64,000 nucleotides of DNA from Nemertoderma westbladi. Its lineage: Eukaryota; Animalia; Xenacoelomorpha. This document shows positions 22,329 through 34,866 of this stretch, one piece after another. Positions within the stretch are counted from its first letter, which is position 1. Every line of letters begins with the position of its first letter. The notes below the pieces were generated by a model. It did no database searches, was not told where the DNA came from, and saw only the letters and a list, made by a program, of their open reading frames with translations. The stretch is taken from assembly GCA_032718475.1 (NCBI GenBank), contig JAUCBJ010004420.1, positions 97,258 to 161,257 on the forward strand, read 5' to 3'. A program made the translations under genes and the position numbers.

Positions 22329-24120
22329 TCTTCTACAAGTGTGGTGAATGCATGAATAAGCAAGACGTGGCGATTCCCGACCGATTAGACGAGCAACATC
22401 CAGAACCGATATTAACGCGATGTCCAGCTCACCAGTTCCTTAGATATAACGAGGGAGGTTACCCGATGAGCAACCCGATGATCAGTATCGACTTCAGCGG
22501 AAAGCGACCTCTGAGACCCATTACGCCGACCGTTACGACATTAGATCCGTATACAGAGATTAAACCCTGTTCGACACGGCATAGACACGGCGGCGGCCAT
22601 TTCGCTATACCGAGCCTATAAGGACCTAGAGGCGCGGCGCGAAGCGGCACGGGACTCGAGTTCCTGGACCACGTTCATTTCGCTCTACCAGGAGAGGAAG
22701 CCCACGCCTGAGTATCCAGACGAGATTCGCGCCGTCCATCCGTCTACTAACTATACCCACGATCCGCGGTTTATACGATATTTACTCCAAATTATTTCGG
22801 GAAGTTTCGACGAACGCATTATTAAGCCCGAATATGTCCAATCTTTTATATATCATCGTCGCTCTGATATATACGTCTAGATTTATTACCCAGCGCACAA
22901 TTGGCGGCCTAAGGAGACTCGTTTGGGGTCATTGACCTCTGTACGAGTGGAGGATCAGGACCGCCGCGCCCACAGAGACAACAGCCGGAGCTCACAGCTG
23001 GCGGCAAGTACCAGAAGGAGGAGTCATTGGCAAGCGTCAAGCCAAGGACGAGCAGCTCCATTCTATAGTTGAAGAAAGAGGAGTTGGCGGAGGCGCCCAC
23101 AGGGACACGGCAAATGGGACGAGGCCGAGGGAGGAGCACCAGTCGGGAGATAGTCGGTGCCCAGGGAACGTCGTCGCCGGTTCCGGGAAGTGACGCCTCA
23201 AGGACGCCGTCAACAGAACAGGGGGTAGACTGGTGTATCTGGAGAAGGGAGCGAGCCCGAGAGACCCAGGAGCTAGCCGATGAGACTATAATATCACGGA
23301 GCGACAGACTCTAGACATATACATCATCGTCGCTCTGATGTATATCATAGGTTTTGATCAATCATTCGACTGGACTCATATACACTAGTCGTATCCATGT
23401 TTTAGAATTTTATTTTCGAAGGCCGAAAAAATATTGAAAGGAAATAATTTTATTTTATAGTCCGTTGGAAATATGATTTTGAGCCTATACTATATTTGAT
23501 TTTGTGTATATGACTTTATTTGCTCTAAAGTTTATTGAAAGAGGCAAAGGAAGTGATTGGGGAGACAAACCCGCGGGTTTGGCTTACTCCTTTCACTTAC
23601 CTGAGCAATCATCAAACCAAGATGATTTGCGTTTTTTATAAGAAATTAAGTAAAGTCCGAAAATGAAAGAAATTATTACGTATTTTATATTTAATTTGAT
23701 TGTCAGCCTTAAAACGCAATATATTTAGTTAAACATTTAGCCTCAAATACGTTTTATATTTTAGTTCTTTTGTTATTATTGTTCTCTATAATTTGAGATG
23801 GGAAATGGGGGACATTGTCCTAGCCATGTTCCATTTCAATAAGTAAACCGTCAATTTGTAAATAAATAAAGGAAGTAATATTTTTGTAAATTTAATTTTG
23901 TATGTAGTAGTCATTATGTAGAACGAATGAGAAATAATATTTGTAAATTTAATTTGTACGTAAACTCATTATGCAATATGTTTATGGCAATATTTGTAAA
24001 TAGTAGGATTTATAGTATCAAGTATTTAGATTATTTGGAAGAAATTTATTTTGTTTGTATACATCACCTTATACTCTTCTACAATTGGAGGGAAACATTG
24101 TATGATTTCCCTTGGAGCGG

Positions 24121-26311
24121 TGTTACGGTATATGGCGCTGTATCCACATTATTAGCCATCATACAGTATAATATATTTGTTATTGTGCAGTATAATTATT
24201 TAGATAAGGCACAGTGCGGTGACATTTAGGTAAGGAAGTTAAAACGCCCATATATTTTGAATTCATCCATTTTGTATAGTATGTAGCCCTACCTACGTAA
24301 TTTTGTATTAGGATATATGTAGATAGTCCCAGGGTAGCAAGTTTATTCGGACCCTGGATTTTGTGCTTGCTGATATTAGCATCAATAGGGCTAGCATATA
24401 GGGACGCTGTCCTGGCCATTCAGCAGCCAGGGACGTGAACCATTACCATATATGGTAATAATTCGAGGTTTGGGCAAGCAATAAGGCTACAATCCGGCCT
24501 CCTTATTGGACTAACTGCTTCCAGGTTGGTCTAATGCTAGCACGGACTGGAGAGCCAATAGGAGAGCGATTGAGTCACCCTATTGCATCACCCCATCCGG
24601 ATCACCTATAAATTGGCGGTGTGCCGGTAGAGCCTTACTGTTATTCCTCACATGATCTGCTATCACCTTTGTACTTGCTGAGCTGTCTCTATTCATTTTT
24701 GACGGATATTTTAGCGTATTTTCTGCAATTTGCTAATTTTGATTAGTTTCTTGAAATGATTTGCTAGTGCGATTACTCTTGATTGTGTTTCTCAATTAAT
24801 TCCTTCGATTACTGCTAATTACAACTGAACTATGATTTCTACCTTTTGGTTAATGGTTCTATGTGATTCTTTTCTGCGCAATAATCCTAAGGGATTTCTG
24901 AGACTGTCAGACTTTGTGATTTGCATGCGCCGCTACGGTAGCTATTAGCATAATGGAGGGCTAAGGTGCCAGTAGGCGGTGGGCACATCGGGGGGTTGGG
25001 CGACTAAGGGAGAGCGGAGGATTCAAAGGCGGGCAACGCTGGCGGGGGTCAACGTTGCGGTCGGGCAGTTTGGACTGTGGGTTGGAGACCGCTCGCCGGT
25101 ACAGTAATTAGGGGGCTGATGATCCAAGGTTTTGTCTCTATTTAGTATTAGGGGGCAGGAATTGGGTTAGTTAGGAAGCCTAGATGTACCCGGGAGGGGC
25201 CTGCATACCTTACAGTAAGTAAGTTGCGAAGTAAGTAGTTTGCGAATTAGTCAATTGCGAATTATTATGTTGCGAATTATATAATTGAAGATTGTATAAT
25301 TGCAAGTCGTGCTATTGTGATCTGTGATTGCTGACGCTGATTGGTGTGTTACTGAAGTGTGCCTATGATTACGAATGCTTAGGTAGGCGCCCCCTTTTTC
25401 TTTGATTGATTTCTATTTCTTAGTTACAACAAATAGTTACTGATTAGGTCAAAGTAATACGGCAATTTAGGCTATTACTAGCGAAACCTGTTGCGAAATA
25501 AATTAGAATTACGCATTCTGGAACTCTTAGTAATTAGTACGCTGTTACATATTTGTGACTGTAATTGATTAGTAAAATTAAGAATTAGTACGCAGCATAG
25601 CGGAGAGTAGCTAAGGTAATAATTTAGAGTACCGTAAACTATTCACGCTGAGCGGTTATTTGCATTAGCGGGCAATAAACTAGATCGCAGTAGTCAGTAC
25701 GCAAGACACTAGTAAATTGCTGGCCTAAAGCCAGCTGCAGGCAAGTTTAGACCCAGAGCGGTAACACCTACGAAAGACATTGTACTGTACCATTTTGATT
25801 ATTTTAAATATTCTCGCATTCACATATTCCATTGGGGAACCCCCAGTATTCGCGATTAGAAAAGACGTAAGCATTAGCGTATTTCAGTAGTAAAATTAGG
25901 CGTAAGAATACTTTGAGTGCAAAGCCCCTCGCACTCGTCTTAAGTAAGCTTAGGGAGCCGACTCGGGTTTATTGTTTTGGTTATTCCCGCGTGGCTCATA
26001 GATTCGAACAGTTAGCTCTCTATCGAGCGATCGGTAGAGAAAGGAACAAGCGATTTTGCAGGAGCCGTGTAAATTTAGTAAAATATATTAGCGGACGGCA
26101 GATTAGCGCCATCCAACGGTAAGTAGCGGTTTTGTATTTAGCAACCTTTACAATTTAGTAATAGCACGCTCCTGATCCCCTTTACTTAACAGTAGAACAG
26201 TCTTTGTGTCTTATTGGTTAGGCGAGAGCTCATTAGGTTGGCAGAGAGGTATACGGGTATTTGTCTGTTCAACAGTTCTGCTGTTAGTATAGGTGTCGCG
26301 GTTGTTTAACA
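24121..26311 (+). repeat. 3' LTR of BEL copy 1
   Basis: Direct repeat of 7852-10042. Confidence 0.97.
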
Positions 26312-26316
26312 AATAT

Positions 26317-26970
26317 GTAATGGAACCTTCTCCAAAGAAATTAAAAAATAATGATGATATTTTTAGTGAAGATGAGAACAACAAGAGAGTTGAGAGTGAC
26401 TTACTAGAGATTAAAGAAATGATGGAACATAAATTCGAGAAAATCATGAATATTTTGAAAAATATACAGAAGCAGCCACCTAGTGACAAGGATGATGAGA
26501 ATGAGGAAGATGATAAATCAGAGGAAAGTGAGAATGATGAAACAGAGAGTGAGATAGAGGAAGAAGAAAATGAGAGTGGTGATGAAGAAAATGAGAGCGA
26601 GAAAGAAGTCGAGTAACATGAAAGTGAGGAGGAGAATGACTCAGATAATGAGGAGATATTAAGACATGTATTAGGAAATAAAAATAAATTGCAGAAAATA
26701 ATTAGACAATTGAAAGAAATGCAGAAACATTCGCATAAGGAGAGTGATAATGATGGAAATGAGAGTGATGAGGATGAATCGGATGAGAGTAATGATGGTA
26801 GTGTAAAAGAAGCAGAGGAGAGTAGCGATGGCAGTGAGGAAGAATCAGAGGAGAATGAAAATGAAAATTGACAGAAAATCAGAGTAGGGAATGGAAAAGT
26901 TATATCTCCAGCAACTGTTGTATATCGACCTAGGCGAATGAACAGTCGTACAGTTAATGTGAGACATTAA
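26317..26970 (+). pseudogene. 3' part of the C2H2/acidic pseudogene (NLS-like PSPKKLK, coiled coil, Asp/Glu-rich), unit copy B
   Basis: One reading frame with in-frame stops at 26614 and 26869. Copy A has GGA at the second stop position and reads through to ...TVNVRH*. Confidence 0.6.
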
Positions 26971-27193
26971 TTATAACTGATTGTTTGAAATATTTATTAT
27001 ATTTAGTCGTATTAATTATGTAATTTCATAATAATATGTTTAATTAGACAAATAAAGTCAACTTGATCCTATTTTAAATGCATAATGAATGGGTAACCAA
27101 AACATCAAATTAGTTAAACATTTTGACAACAGATAAACAAATAATCTCCTGTGGGGAGAAATGGTGTGCTGGAGAAGTGGCTGAGGGTGAGGT

Positions 27194-28164
27194 TGTGGCT
27201 GTGGCTGTGGCTGAGGCTGTAGCTATGGCTGTGGCTGAGGCTGTGGCTGTGGCTGTGGCTGTGGCTGTGGCTGTGGCTGTGGCTGTGGCTGTGGCTGTGG
27301 CTGTGGCTGTGGCTGTGGCTGTGGCTGTGGCTGTGGCTGTGGCTGTGGCTGTGGCTGTGGCTGTGGCTGTGGCTGTGGATGTGGCTGTGGCTGTGGTTGT
27401 GGCTGTGGCTGCGGCTGCGGCTGCGGCTGCGGCTGTGGCTGTGGCTGCGGCTGTGGCTGTGGCTGTGGCTGTGGCTGTGGCTGTGGCTGTGGCTGTGGCT
27501 GTGGCTGTGGCTGTGGCTGTGGCTGTGGCTGTGGCTGTGGCTGTGGCTGTGGCTGTGGCTGTGGCTGTGGCTATGGCTGTGGCTGTGGCTGTGGCTGTGG
27601 CTGTGGCTGTGGCTGTGGCTGTGGCTGAGGCTGTGTCTGTGGCTGTGGCTGTTGCTGTGGCTGTGGCTGCGGTTGTGGCTGTGGCTGTGGCTGAGGCTGA
27701 GGCTGTGGCTGTGGCTGAGGCTGAGGCTGTGGCTGCGGCTGTGGTTGTGGTTGGGGCTGTGGTTGTGGCTGTTGCTGTTGCTGTGGCTTTGGCTGTGGCT
27801 GTGGCTGTGGCTGTGGCTGTGGCTGTGGCTGTGGCTGTGGCTGTGGCTGTGGCTGTGGCTGAGGCTGAGGCTGTGGCTGTGGCTGTGGCTGTGGCTGTGG
27901 CTGTGGCTGTGGCTGTGGCTGTGGCTGTGGCTGTGGCTGTGGCTGTGGCTGTGGCTGTGGCTGTGGCTGTGGCTGTGGCTGTGGCTGTGGATGTGGCTGT
28001 AGCTGTAGCTGAGGCTGTGGACTGTGGCTGTGGCTGTGGCTGTGGCTGTGGCTGTGGCTGTGGCTGTGGCTGTGGCTGTGGTTGTGGTTGTGGTTGTGGC
28101 TGTGGCTGTGGCTGTGGCTGTGGCTGAGGCTGTGGCTGAGGCTGAGGCTGTGGCTGTGGCTGTG
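27194..28164. repeat. (GTGGCT)n hexamer array, copy B
   Basis: Direct reading; a 1-bp insertion near 28021. Confidence 0.97.
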
Positions 28165-28235
28165 GGGAGTGCCTCAGGTCTTAAATCAGAGTCTTATAAA
28201 TTTGAACGTTAACGAACAAATTCGAACGTTACTGT

Positions 28236-28303
28236 TCCACCTTGGTGTGTGGTTGCTTTGAATTCACATCTCCAGTAGGTCGTGGGTTCGATCCTTGGAT
28301 GGA
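28236..28303 (+). ncRNA. tRNA-derived Pol III unit, copy B (2-bp deletion in the A-box)
   Basis: TGGTGTGTGG...GGTTCGATCC, followed by TTTT. Confidence 0.55.
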
Positions 28304-28847
28304 GAAGGGCAGTTTTCGTTCGGTCAGCAATAGGTCTAACTATACAAATGTAGTATTATTGCCTAGTTACCAATTCATAGCTACTGTATGGTCTGTACTG
28401 TATGGACTGTATGTTCGTACATGTTCGACTGTACATTTCGCCCTTTAGCGGCAGACTAGGGAACTTCAGACTACTATGTGACTCCACAAAAAGATATAGC
28501 CTATATTGTAATAGATACCGACTGGGGGGTTAAAATTAAGTAATAATATATCTAAAAAAAGTCTCAAACATTAATTAATTAAACCATTAAACAATTAATT
28601 AATTGTTTAATGGTTTGTGCCTTAGAGGTGGGCGACGTTCGTGGTGGCTACTGGGGCTGGATGACGGCGCAGGTGCTTGGGTAGCAGACTGAAGAGTTTG
28701 GTTGGTGAAGAGTAAGTCTATCGTGTTACCGGATTATAGACTGGATTAGGATGCGCGACTGAGTAACTCAGGTGACCATGATGCGTGTGGTTCATTCGAC
28801 GCTATGATGTGATTATGTGGCCTGATACCCGAACAGGTGATCCAGGT

Positions 28848-29936
28848 TGTTAAACAACCGCGACACCTATACTAACAGCAGAACTGTTGAACAGACCAAT
28901 ACCCGTTAATATCCTTCTGCCAACCTAATGAGCTCTCGCCTAACCAATAAGACACAAAGACTGCTCTACTGTTAAGTAAAGGGGATCAGGAGCGTGATAT
29001 TACTAAATTGTAAAGGTTGCTAAATACAAAACCGCTACTTACCGTTAGATGGCGCTAATCTGCCGTCCGCTAATATATTTTACTAATTTTACACAGCTCC
29101 TGCAAAATCGCTTGTTCCTTTCTCTACCGATTGCTCGACAGAGAGCTAACTGTTCGAATCTATGAGCCACGCGGGAATAACCAAAACAATAAACCCGAGT
29201 CGGCTCCCTAAGCTTACTTAAGACGAGTGCGAGGGGCTTTGCACTCAAAGTATTCTTACGCCTAATTTTACTACTGAAATACGCTAATGCTTACGTCCTT
29301 TCTAATCGCGAATACTGGGGGTTCCCTAACGGAATGTGCGAATGCGAGAATATTTAAAATATCGAAATTGGTACAGTACAATGTCTTTCGTAGGTGATAC
29401 CGCTCTGGGTCTAAACTTGCCTGCAGCTGGCTTTAGGCCAGCAACTTACTAGTGTCTTGCGTACTGACTATTGCGATCTAGTTTATTGCCCGCTAATGCA
29501 AATAACCGCCTAGCGTGAATAGTTTACGGTACTCTAATTTATTACCTAGCTACTCTCCGCTATGCTGCGTACTAATTCTTAATTTTACTAATCAATTACA
29601 GTCACAAATATGTAACAGCGTACTAATTACTAAGAGTTCCAGAATGCGTAATTCTAATTTATTACACAACAGGTTTCGCTAGTAATAGCCTAAATTGCCG
29701 TATTACTTTGACCTAATCAGTAATTATTTGTTGTAACTAAGAAATAGAAATCAATCAAAGAGAAAAGGGGCACCTACCTAAACATTCGTAATCATAGGCA
29801 CACTTCAGTAACACACCAATCAGCGTCAGCAATCACAGATCACAAATAGCACGATTTGCAATTATACAATCTGCAATTATATAATTCGCAACATAATAAT
29901 TCGCAATTGACTAATTCGCAATCTACTTACTTCGCA

Positions 29937-30007
<71 letters not shown>

Positions 30008-31058
30008 GTAAGGTATGCAGGCCCCTCCCGGGTACATCTAGGCTTCCTAACTAACCCAATTCCTGCCCCCCTAATACTAAATAGAGACAAAACCTTGGAT
30101 GATCAGCCCCCTAATTACTGTACCGGCGAGCGGTCTCCAACCTACAGTCCAAATTGCCCGACCACAACGTTGACCCCCGCCAGCGTTGCCCGCCTTTGAA
30201 TCCTCCGCTCTCCCTTAGTCGCTCAACCCCCCGATGTGCCCACCGCCTACTGGCACCTTAGCCCTCCATTATGCTAATAGCTACCGTAGCGGCGCATGCA
30301 AAATCACAAAGTCTGACAGTCTCAGAAATCCCTTAGGATTATTGCGTAGAAAGGAATCACATAGAACCAGGTGTAATTAGCAGTAATCGATGGAATTAAT
30401 TGAGAAACACAATCAAGAATAATCGCACTAGCAAATCATTTTGAGAAATTAATCGAAAATAGCAAATTACAGAAATACGCTAAAATATCTATTGGGACAG
30501 CTCAGCAAGTACAAGGGTGTGGATTGTGAGGTATAGAAAGAGACTAAAGATGATACAGCTCTACCGGCAAACCGCCAATTTATAGGTGATCCGGATGGGG
30601 TGATGCAATAGGGTGACTCAATCGCTCTCCTATTGGCTCTCCAGTCCGCGCTAGCATTAGGCCAAGCTGGAAGCAGTTAGTCCAATAAGGAGGCCGGATT
30701 GTAGCCCTATGCCCTCAAGTTATTACCATATATGGTAATAGATCATGTCCCTGGCTGCTGAATGGCCAGGACAGCGTCCCTATGCTAGCCCTATTGAAAC
30801 TAATATCAGCAAGCACAAAATCCAGGGTCCGACTGAACTTGCTACCCTGGAACTATCTACATATATCCTAATACAAAATTACGTAGGTAGGGCTACATAC
30901 TATACAAAATGGATGAATTCAAAATATATGGGCGTTTTAACTTCCTTACCTAAATGTCACCGCACTGTGCCTTATCTAAATAATTATACTGCACAATAAC
31001 AAACATATTATACTGTATGATGGCTAATAATGTGGATACAGCGCCATATACCGTAACA
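28848..31058 (-). repeat. 3' LTR of BEL copy 2
   Basis: Reverse complement of the copy 1 LTR with block differences; contains an expanded (TTAC)n. Confidence 0.96.
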
Positions 31059-32215
31059 CCGCTCCAAGGGAAATCATACAATGTTTCCCTCCAATTGTAG
31101 AAGAGTATAGGGTGATGTATACAAAACAAAATAAATTTCTTCCAAATAATCTAAATACTTGATACTATAAATCCTACTATTTACAAAATATTGCTATAGA
31201 TATTGCATAATGAATTTACATACAAATTAAAATTACAAAAATATTATCTCTCTCAATGCTAACGATTATTACATACAAATTAAATTTACAAAAATATTGC
31301 TTTCTCGTTCGTACTACATAATGATTACTACATACAAAATTAAATTTACAAAAATATTACTTCCTTTATTTATTTACAAATTGACGGTCTACATATTGAA
31401 ATGGAACATGGCTAGGACAATGTCCCCCATTTCCCATCTCAATTAACGATCAACATTAACAAGATAAACTAAATATAAACGTATTTGAGGCTAAATTTTT
31501 AACTAAATTGCATTAAAGGCCGATAATCAAATTAAATATAAAATACGTAATAATTTCTTTCATTTTCGGACTTTACTTAATTTCTTATAAAAACGCAAAT
31601 CATCTTGGTTTGATGATTGCTCAGGTAAGTGAAAGGAGTAAGCCAAACCCGCGGGTTTGTCTCCCCAATCACTTCCTTTGCCTCTTTCAATAAACTTTAG
31701 AGCAAATAAAGTCATATACACAAAATCAAATATAATATAGGCTCAAAATCATATTTCCAACGGACTATAAAATAAAATTATTTCCTTTCAATATTTTTGG
31801 CCTTCGAAAATAAAACTCTAAACTATGGATACGACTAGTGTATATGAGTCCAGTCGAATGATTGATCAAAACCTATGATATACATCAGAGCGACGATGAT
31901 GTATATGTCTAGAGTCTGTCGCTCCGTGATATTATAGTCTCATCGGCTAGCTCCTGGGTCTCTCGGGCTCGCTCCCTTCTCCAGATACACCAGTCTCGCT
32001 TTCGTCCTTCTGGGCTCCTCCCCGACCTCGTCCCATTTGCCGTGTCCCTGTGGGCGCCTCCGCCAACTCCTCTTTCTTCAACTATAGAATGGAGCTGCTC
32101 GTCCTTGGCTTGACGCTTGCCAAGGACTCCTCCTTCTGGTACTTGCCGCGAGCTGTGAGCTCCGGCTGTTGTCGCTGTGGGGCGCGGCGGTCCTGATCCT
32201 CCACTCGTTCAGAGG

Positions 32216-32923
32216 TCAATGACCCCAAACGAGTTTCCTTAGGCCGCCAATTGTGCACTGGGTAATAATTCTAGACGTATATATCAGAGCGACGATGATA
32301 TATAAAGGATTGGACATATTCGGGCTTAATAAGGCGTTCGTCGAAACTTCCCGAAATAATTTGGGGTAAATATTGTACAAATCGCGGATCGTGGGTATAG
32401 TTAGTAGACGGATGGACGGCGCGAATCTCGTCTGGATACTCAGGCGTGACCTTCCTTTCCTGGTGAAGCGAAGTGAACGTGGTCCAGGAACTCGAGTCCC
32501 GTGCCGCGCCTCTAGGTCCTTATAGGCTCGGTATAGCGAAATGGCCGCTGCCGTCTCTATCAAACTGGGTGTCGAACAGGGTTCAATCTCCGTATACGGA
32601 TCTAATGTCGTAACGGTCGGCGTAATGGGTCTTGGAGGTCGCTTTCCGCTGAAGTCGATACTGATCATCGGGTTGCTCATCGGGTAACCTCCCTCGTTAT
32701 ATCTAAGGAACTGGTGAGCTTGACATCGCGTTAATATCGGTTCTGGATGTTGCTCGTCTAGTCGGTCGGGAATCGTGGGTTTGTATTTCCCATTTAGCTC
32801 CATCACCGACCGCCCATGGTAGTAAACGTTCGAATCTTTACATCCCGGTCGCGCGAATGATAGCTCCGCCTCCTCTCTGGCAGTAAATCCTCTGCGCGGT
32901 TGCGCTCTAATATCCTTCTCCAT
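32216..32923 (-). pseudogene. ORF2 of BEL copy 2 (internal deletion, probably frameshifted C-terminus)
   Basis: MEKDIRAQ...KPT is fused directly to IPDRLDEQ, so about 100 codons present in copy 1 are missing. Confidence 0.7.
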
Positions 32924-33699
32924 TATGCCCCGCGTATATACATATATATCCCAATAAGTGTTCCGTTACGCAAACCAATTACACTGTGGGTAATCAGTTA
33001 GATGTCGCCGAAGGACAGACCTCCCGAACCCCCCCCCCCCCCCCCCCCCCGCTGCCTTCCAGCAGTTCAGGTTCGACTCTCTAGATCCCGTCTCTTCCTA
33101 ACTAACTATCCTCTAACCTATTCCCATGCATAGCGCAAAAACTTTGGAGATAAACTGGCCGTGACCAACTCACTTTTTGATGCCCAAACTACTCCCATTA
33201 CTCGTACTAAACTACAGTAGTTAGAAAGGACCATAACCACAATACTCGACTATACCAAACCCACAGGTTTGATAATCGAACATCACACATCACTGCAAAC
33301 TACTGAGTGGGGTCCATGTACGCCTCTGGTGCTACTAACCTTTAGCACCTTAGTTGCACTGCTGGCACCAATCTGTGGAAGTTGCTAAACTCAATTTACA
33401 CTCCTACGTAATATAGCCATCACCATGGTTTCTAAATGCTATTTTCCAGGCTTCACGACTTTTCAAATTACTGTTTATCTATAGACGAATTCTAAAACGC
33501 GTCTATACACAGCGTCTGGAATTGTCTTGGGTTCACTTCTAATTTTTAAAATTTTTTAATTTTCCAAAATTTTTTGAAAATAAAATTTTGTTTTGATACC
33601 CACCAGACAAAACTCAACGCAAATCACCACAACCCCGCTCCTATGCATTTCGTTGTATTTGCATACGAGGAATGCATACGAAGTGAGTTGCGTCCAACA

Positions 33700-34866
33700 C
33701 TAATTCTGTTTTGGGGCAGGAGACAAACTATAATCTCCCGTCTCGATACGTGTCTCCTCTAATAACACGATATCTTGGACCGGTCGGTCCAAGGTGTGTA
33801 AACCATTAGTTTTACACTTTTTTGGGTGCGGACACTTGCACCTAATTTTCACAGTGACTGTGCGCACTATGTTTTGCACATCTGGGTGTGTGTGCAAGAT
33901 AACTCCCGTCTCCCAATACTTTCTCTTGACAATGGGTTCGGTTATCAATACGTAATCTCCCCTTTGGAGACTCCCAACCGTTTTGTACCACTTTGTTCTG
34001 GTGGATATGGTGGGAAGATAGTATTCCCGCCAATATTCCCAGAATGTGTACGCCACAAACTGTGTCACTTTCCAGCCTTTACGACTATATAGGTCGGCAC
34101 TAATGGGTTCTGATGCCGGCACAAGAAATGCTGGACTCTGCATTAGCAAATGTTTCGGCGTTAATGCAACACCGTCTGGCAACATAGCTATCGGCCTCGA
34201 GTTTAGGGTATGCTCGATTTCAATGAAAGCTGTAACCAGTTCGTCGTCGGTAAGTTGTTTGTTCACAGGCAATGTTTTGGCAATGGCCTGCTTTACAGAG
34301 CGAACTAAACGCTCCCAACTTCCTCCTCTCCAAGGACTTTCTGGAGTATTGAATCTCCATTCTACTCGTTGCGGCAAAAGTGCTGCAGAAATTTCCTTAT
34401 TCTGTGCTGCTTTATGAGCCGCGTTCAACTCGCTATTCCCCCCGACAAAGTTTGTACCCTTATCGGAGTAGAACGCCTTTACTAGTCCTCTCCTGGCCAT
34501 AAATCTCTTCAAGGCCAGGAGCAGAGATTTGGTCGACATGTCTGCCACACGCTCAATGTGTATGGCTCTACTAGCCATGCATGTCAGTAGCAGACCCCAT
34601 CGCTTGTGGGTCAGCCGTCCACTCTTTGCTTCAATCGGACCAAAACAATCCACCCCTGTGTTCGTAAAGGGTGGGTCATATGCCTGTACTCTCGCTTCCG
34701 GGAGTTCAGCCATCTCCTGTACCAATACTCTGGCGTTCACCCTCTTGCAAACCAGACAGGCGTCATACATAGTGCCTACTGCCCTGCTTGGCTGCAATAG
34801 AATGAATCGCTGTCTTGCTGCCGACAAACAGTGTAACTTTCCCGCGTGATGCAACCTCTTGTGTAT
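33700..34866 (-). CDS. Integrase part of the copy 2 polyprotein (3' of the hAT insertion)
   Basis: IHKRLHHAG...CLVC, GVDCFGP, SDKGTNF, WERLVRSVK. Confidence 0.93.
   Translation of the reverse strand: MHKRLHHAGKLHCLSAARQRFILLQPSRAVGTMYDACLVCKRVNARVLVQEMAELPEARVQAYDPPFTNTGVDCFGPIEAKSGRLTHKRWGLLLTCMASRAIHIERVADMSTKSLLLALKRFMARRGLVKAFYSDKGTNFVGGNSELNAAHKAAQNKEISAALLPQRVEWRFNTPESPWRGGSWERLVRSVKQAIAKTLPVNKQLTDDELVTAFIEIEHTLNSRPIAMLPDGVALTPKHLLMQSPAFLVPASEPISADLYSRKGWKVTQFVAYTFWEYWREYYLPTISTRTKWYKTVGSLQRGDYVLITEPIVKRKYWETGVILHTHPDVQNIVRTVTVKIRCKCPHPKKCKTNGLHTLDRPVQDIVLLEETRIETGDYSLSPAPKQN

Larger units (their letters stand above)
20416..22621 (+). pseudogene. Extra ORF (ORF2) of BEL copy 1, function unknown, interrupted by a LINE
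   Basis: 20416-20856 (MEKDIRAQ...YKLFY) joins in frame to 22337-22621 (KCGECMNKQDVAIPDRL...) after removing the LINE. A homologous ORF is present in copy 2. Confidence 0.75.
7852..26311 (+). mobile_element. Full-length BEL/Pao LTR retrotransposon, copy 1 (~17 kb without its LINE insert)
   Basis: Two 2191-bp LTRs TGTTAC...TTAACA, TSD AATAT (7847-7851, 26312-26316), single polyprotein ORF, PPT-like GGAGCGG before the 3' LTR. Confidence 0.97.

Noticed and set aside
28236-28303. Functional tRNA gene
   Set aside because: D and anticodon stems do not pair properly and this copy has an A-box deletion; kept only as a tRNA-derived unit.
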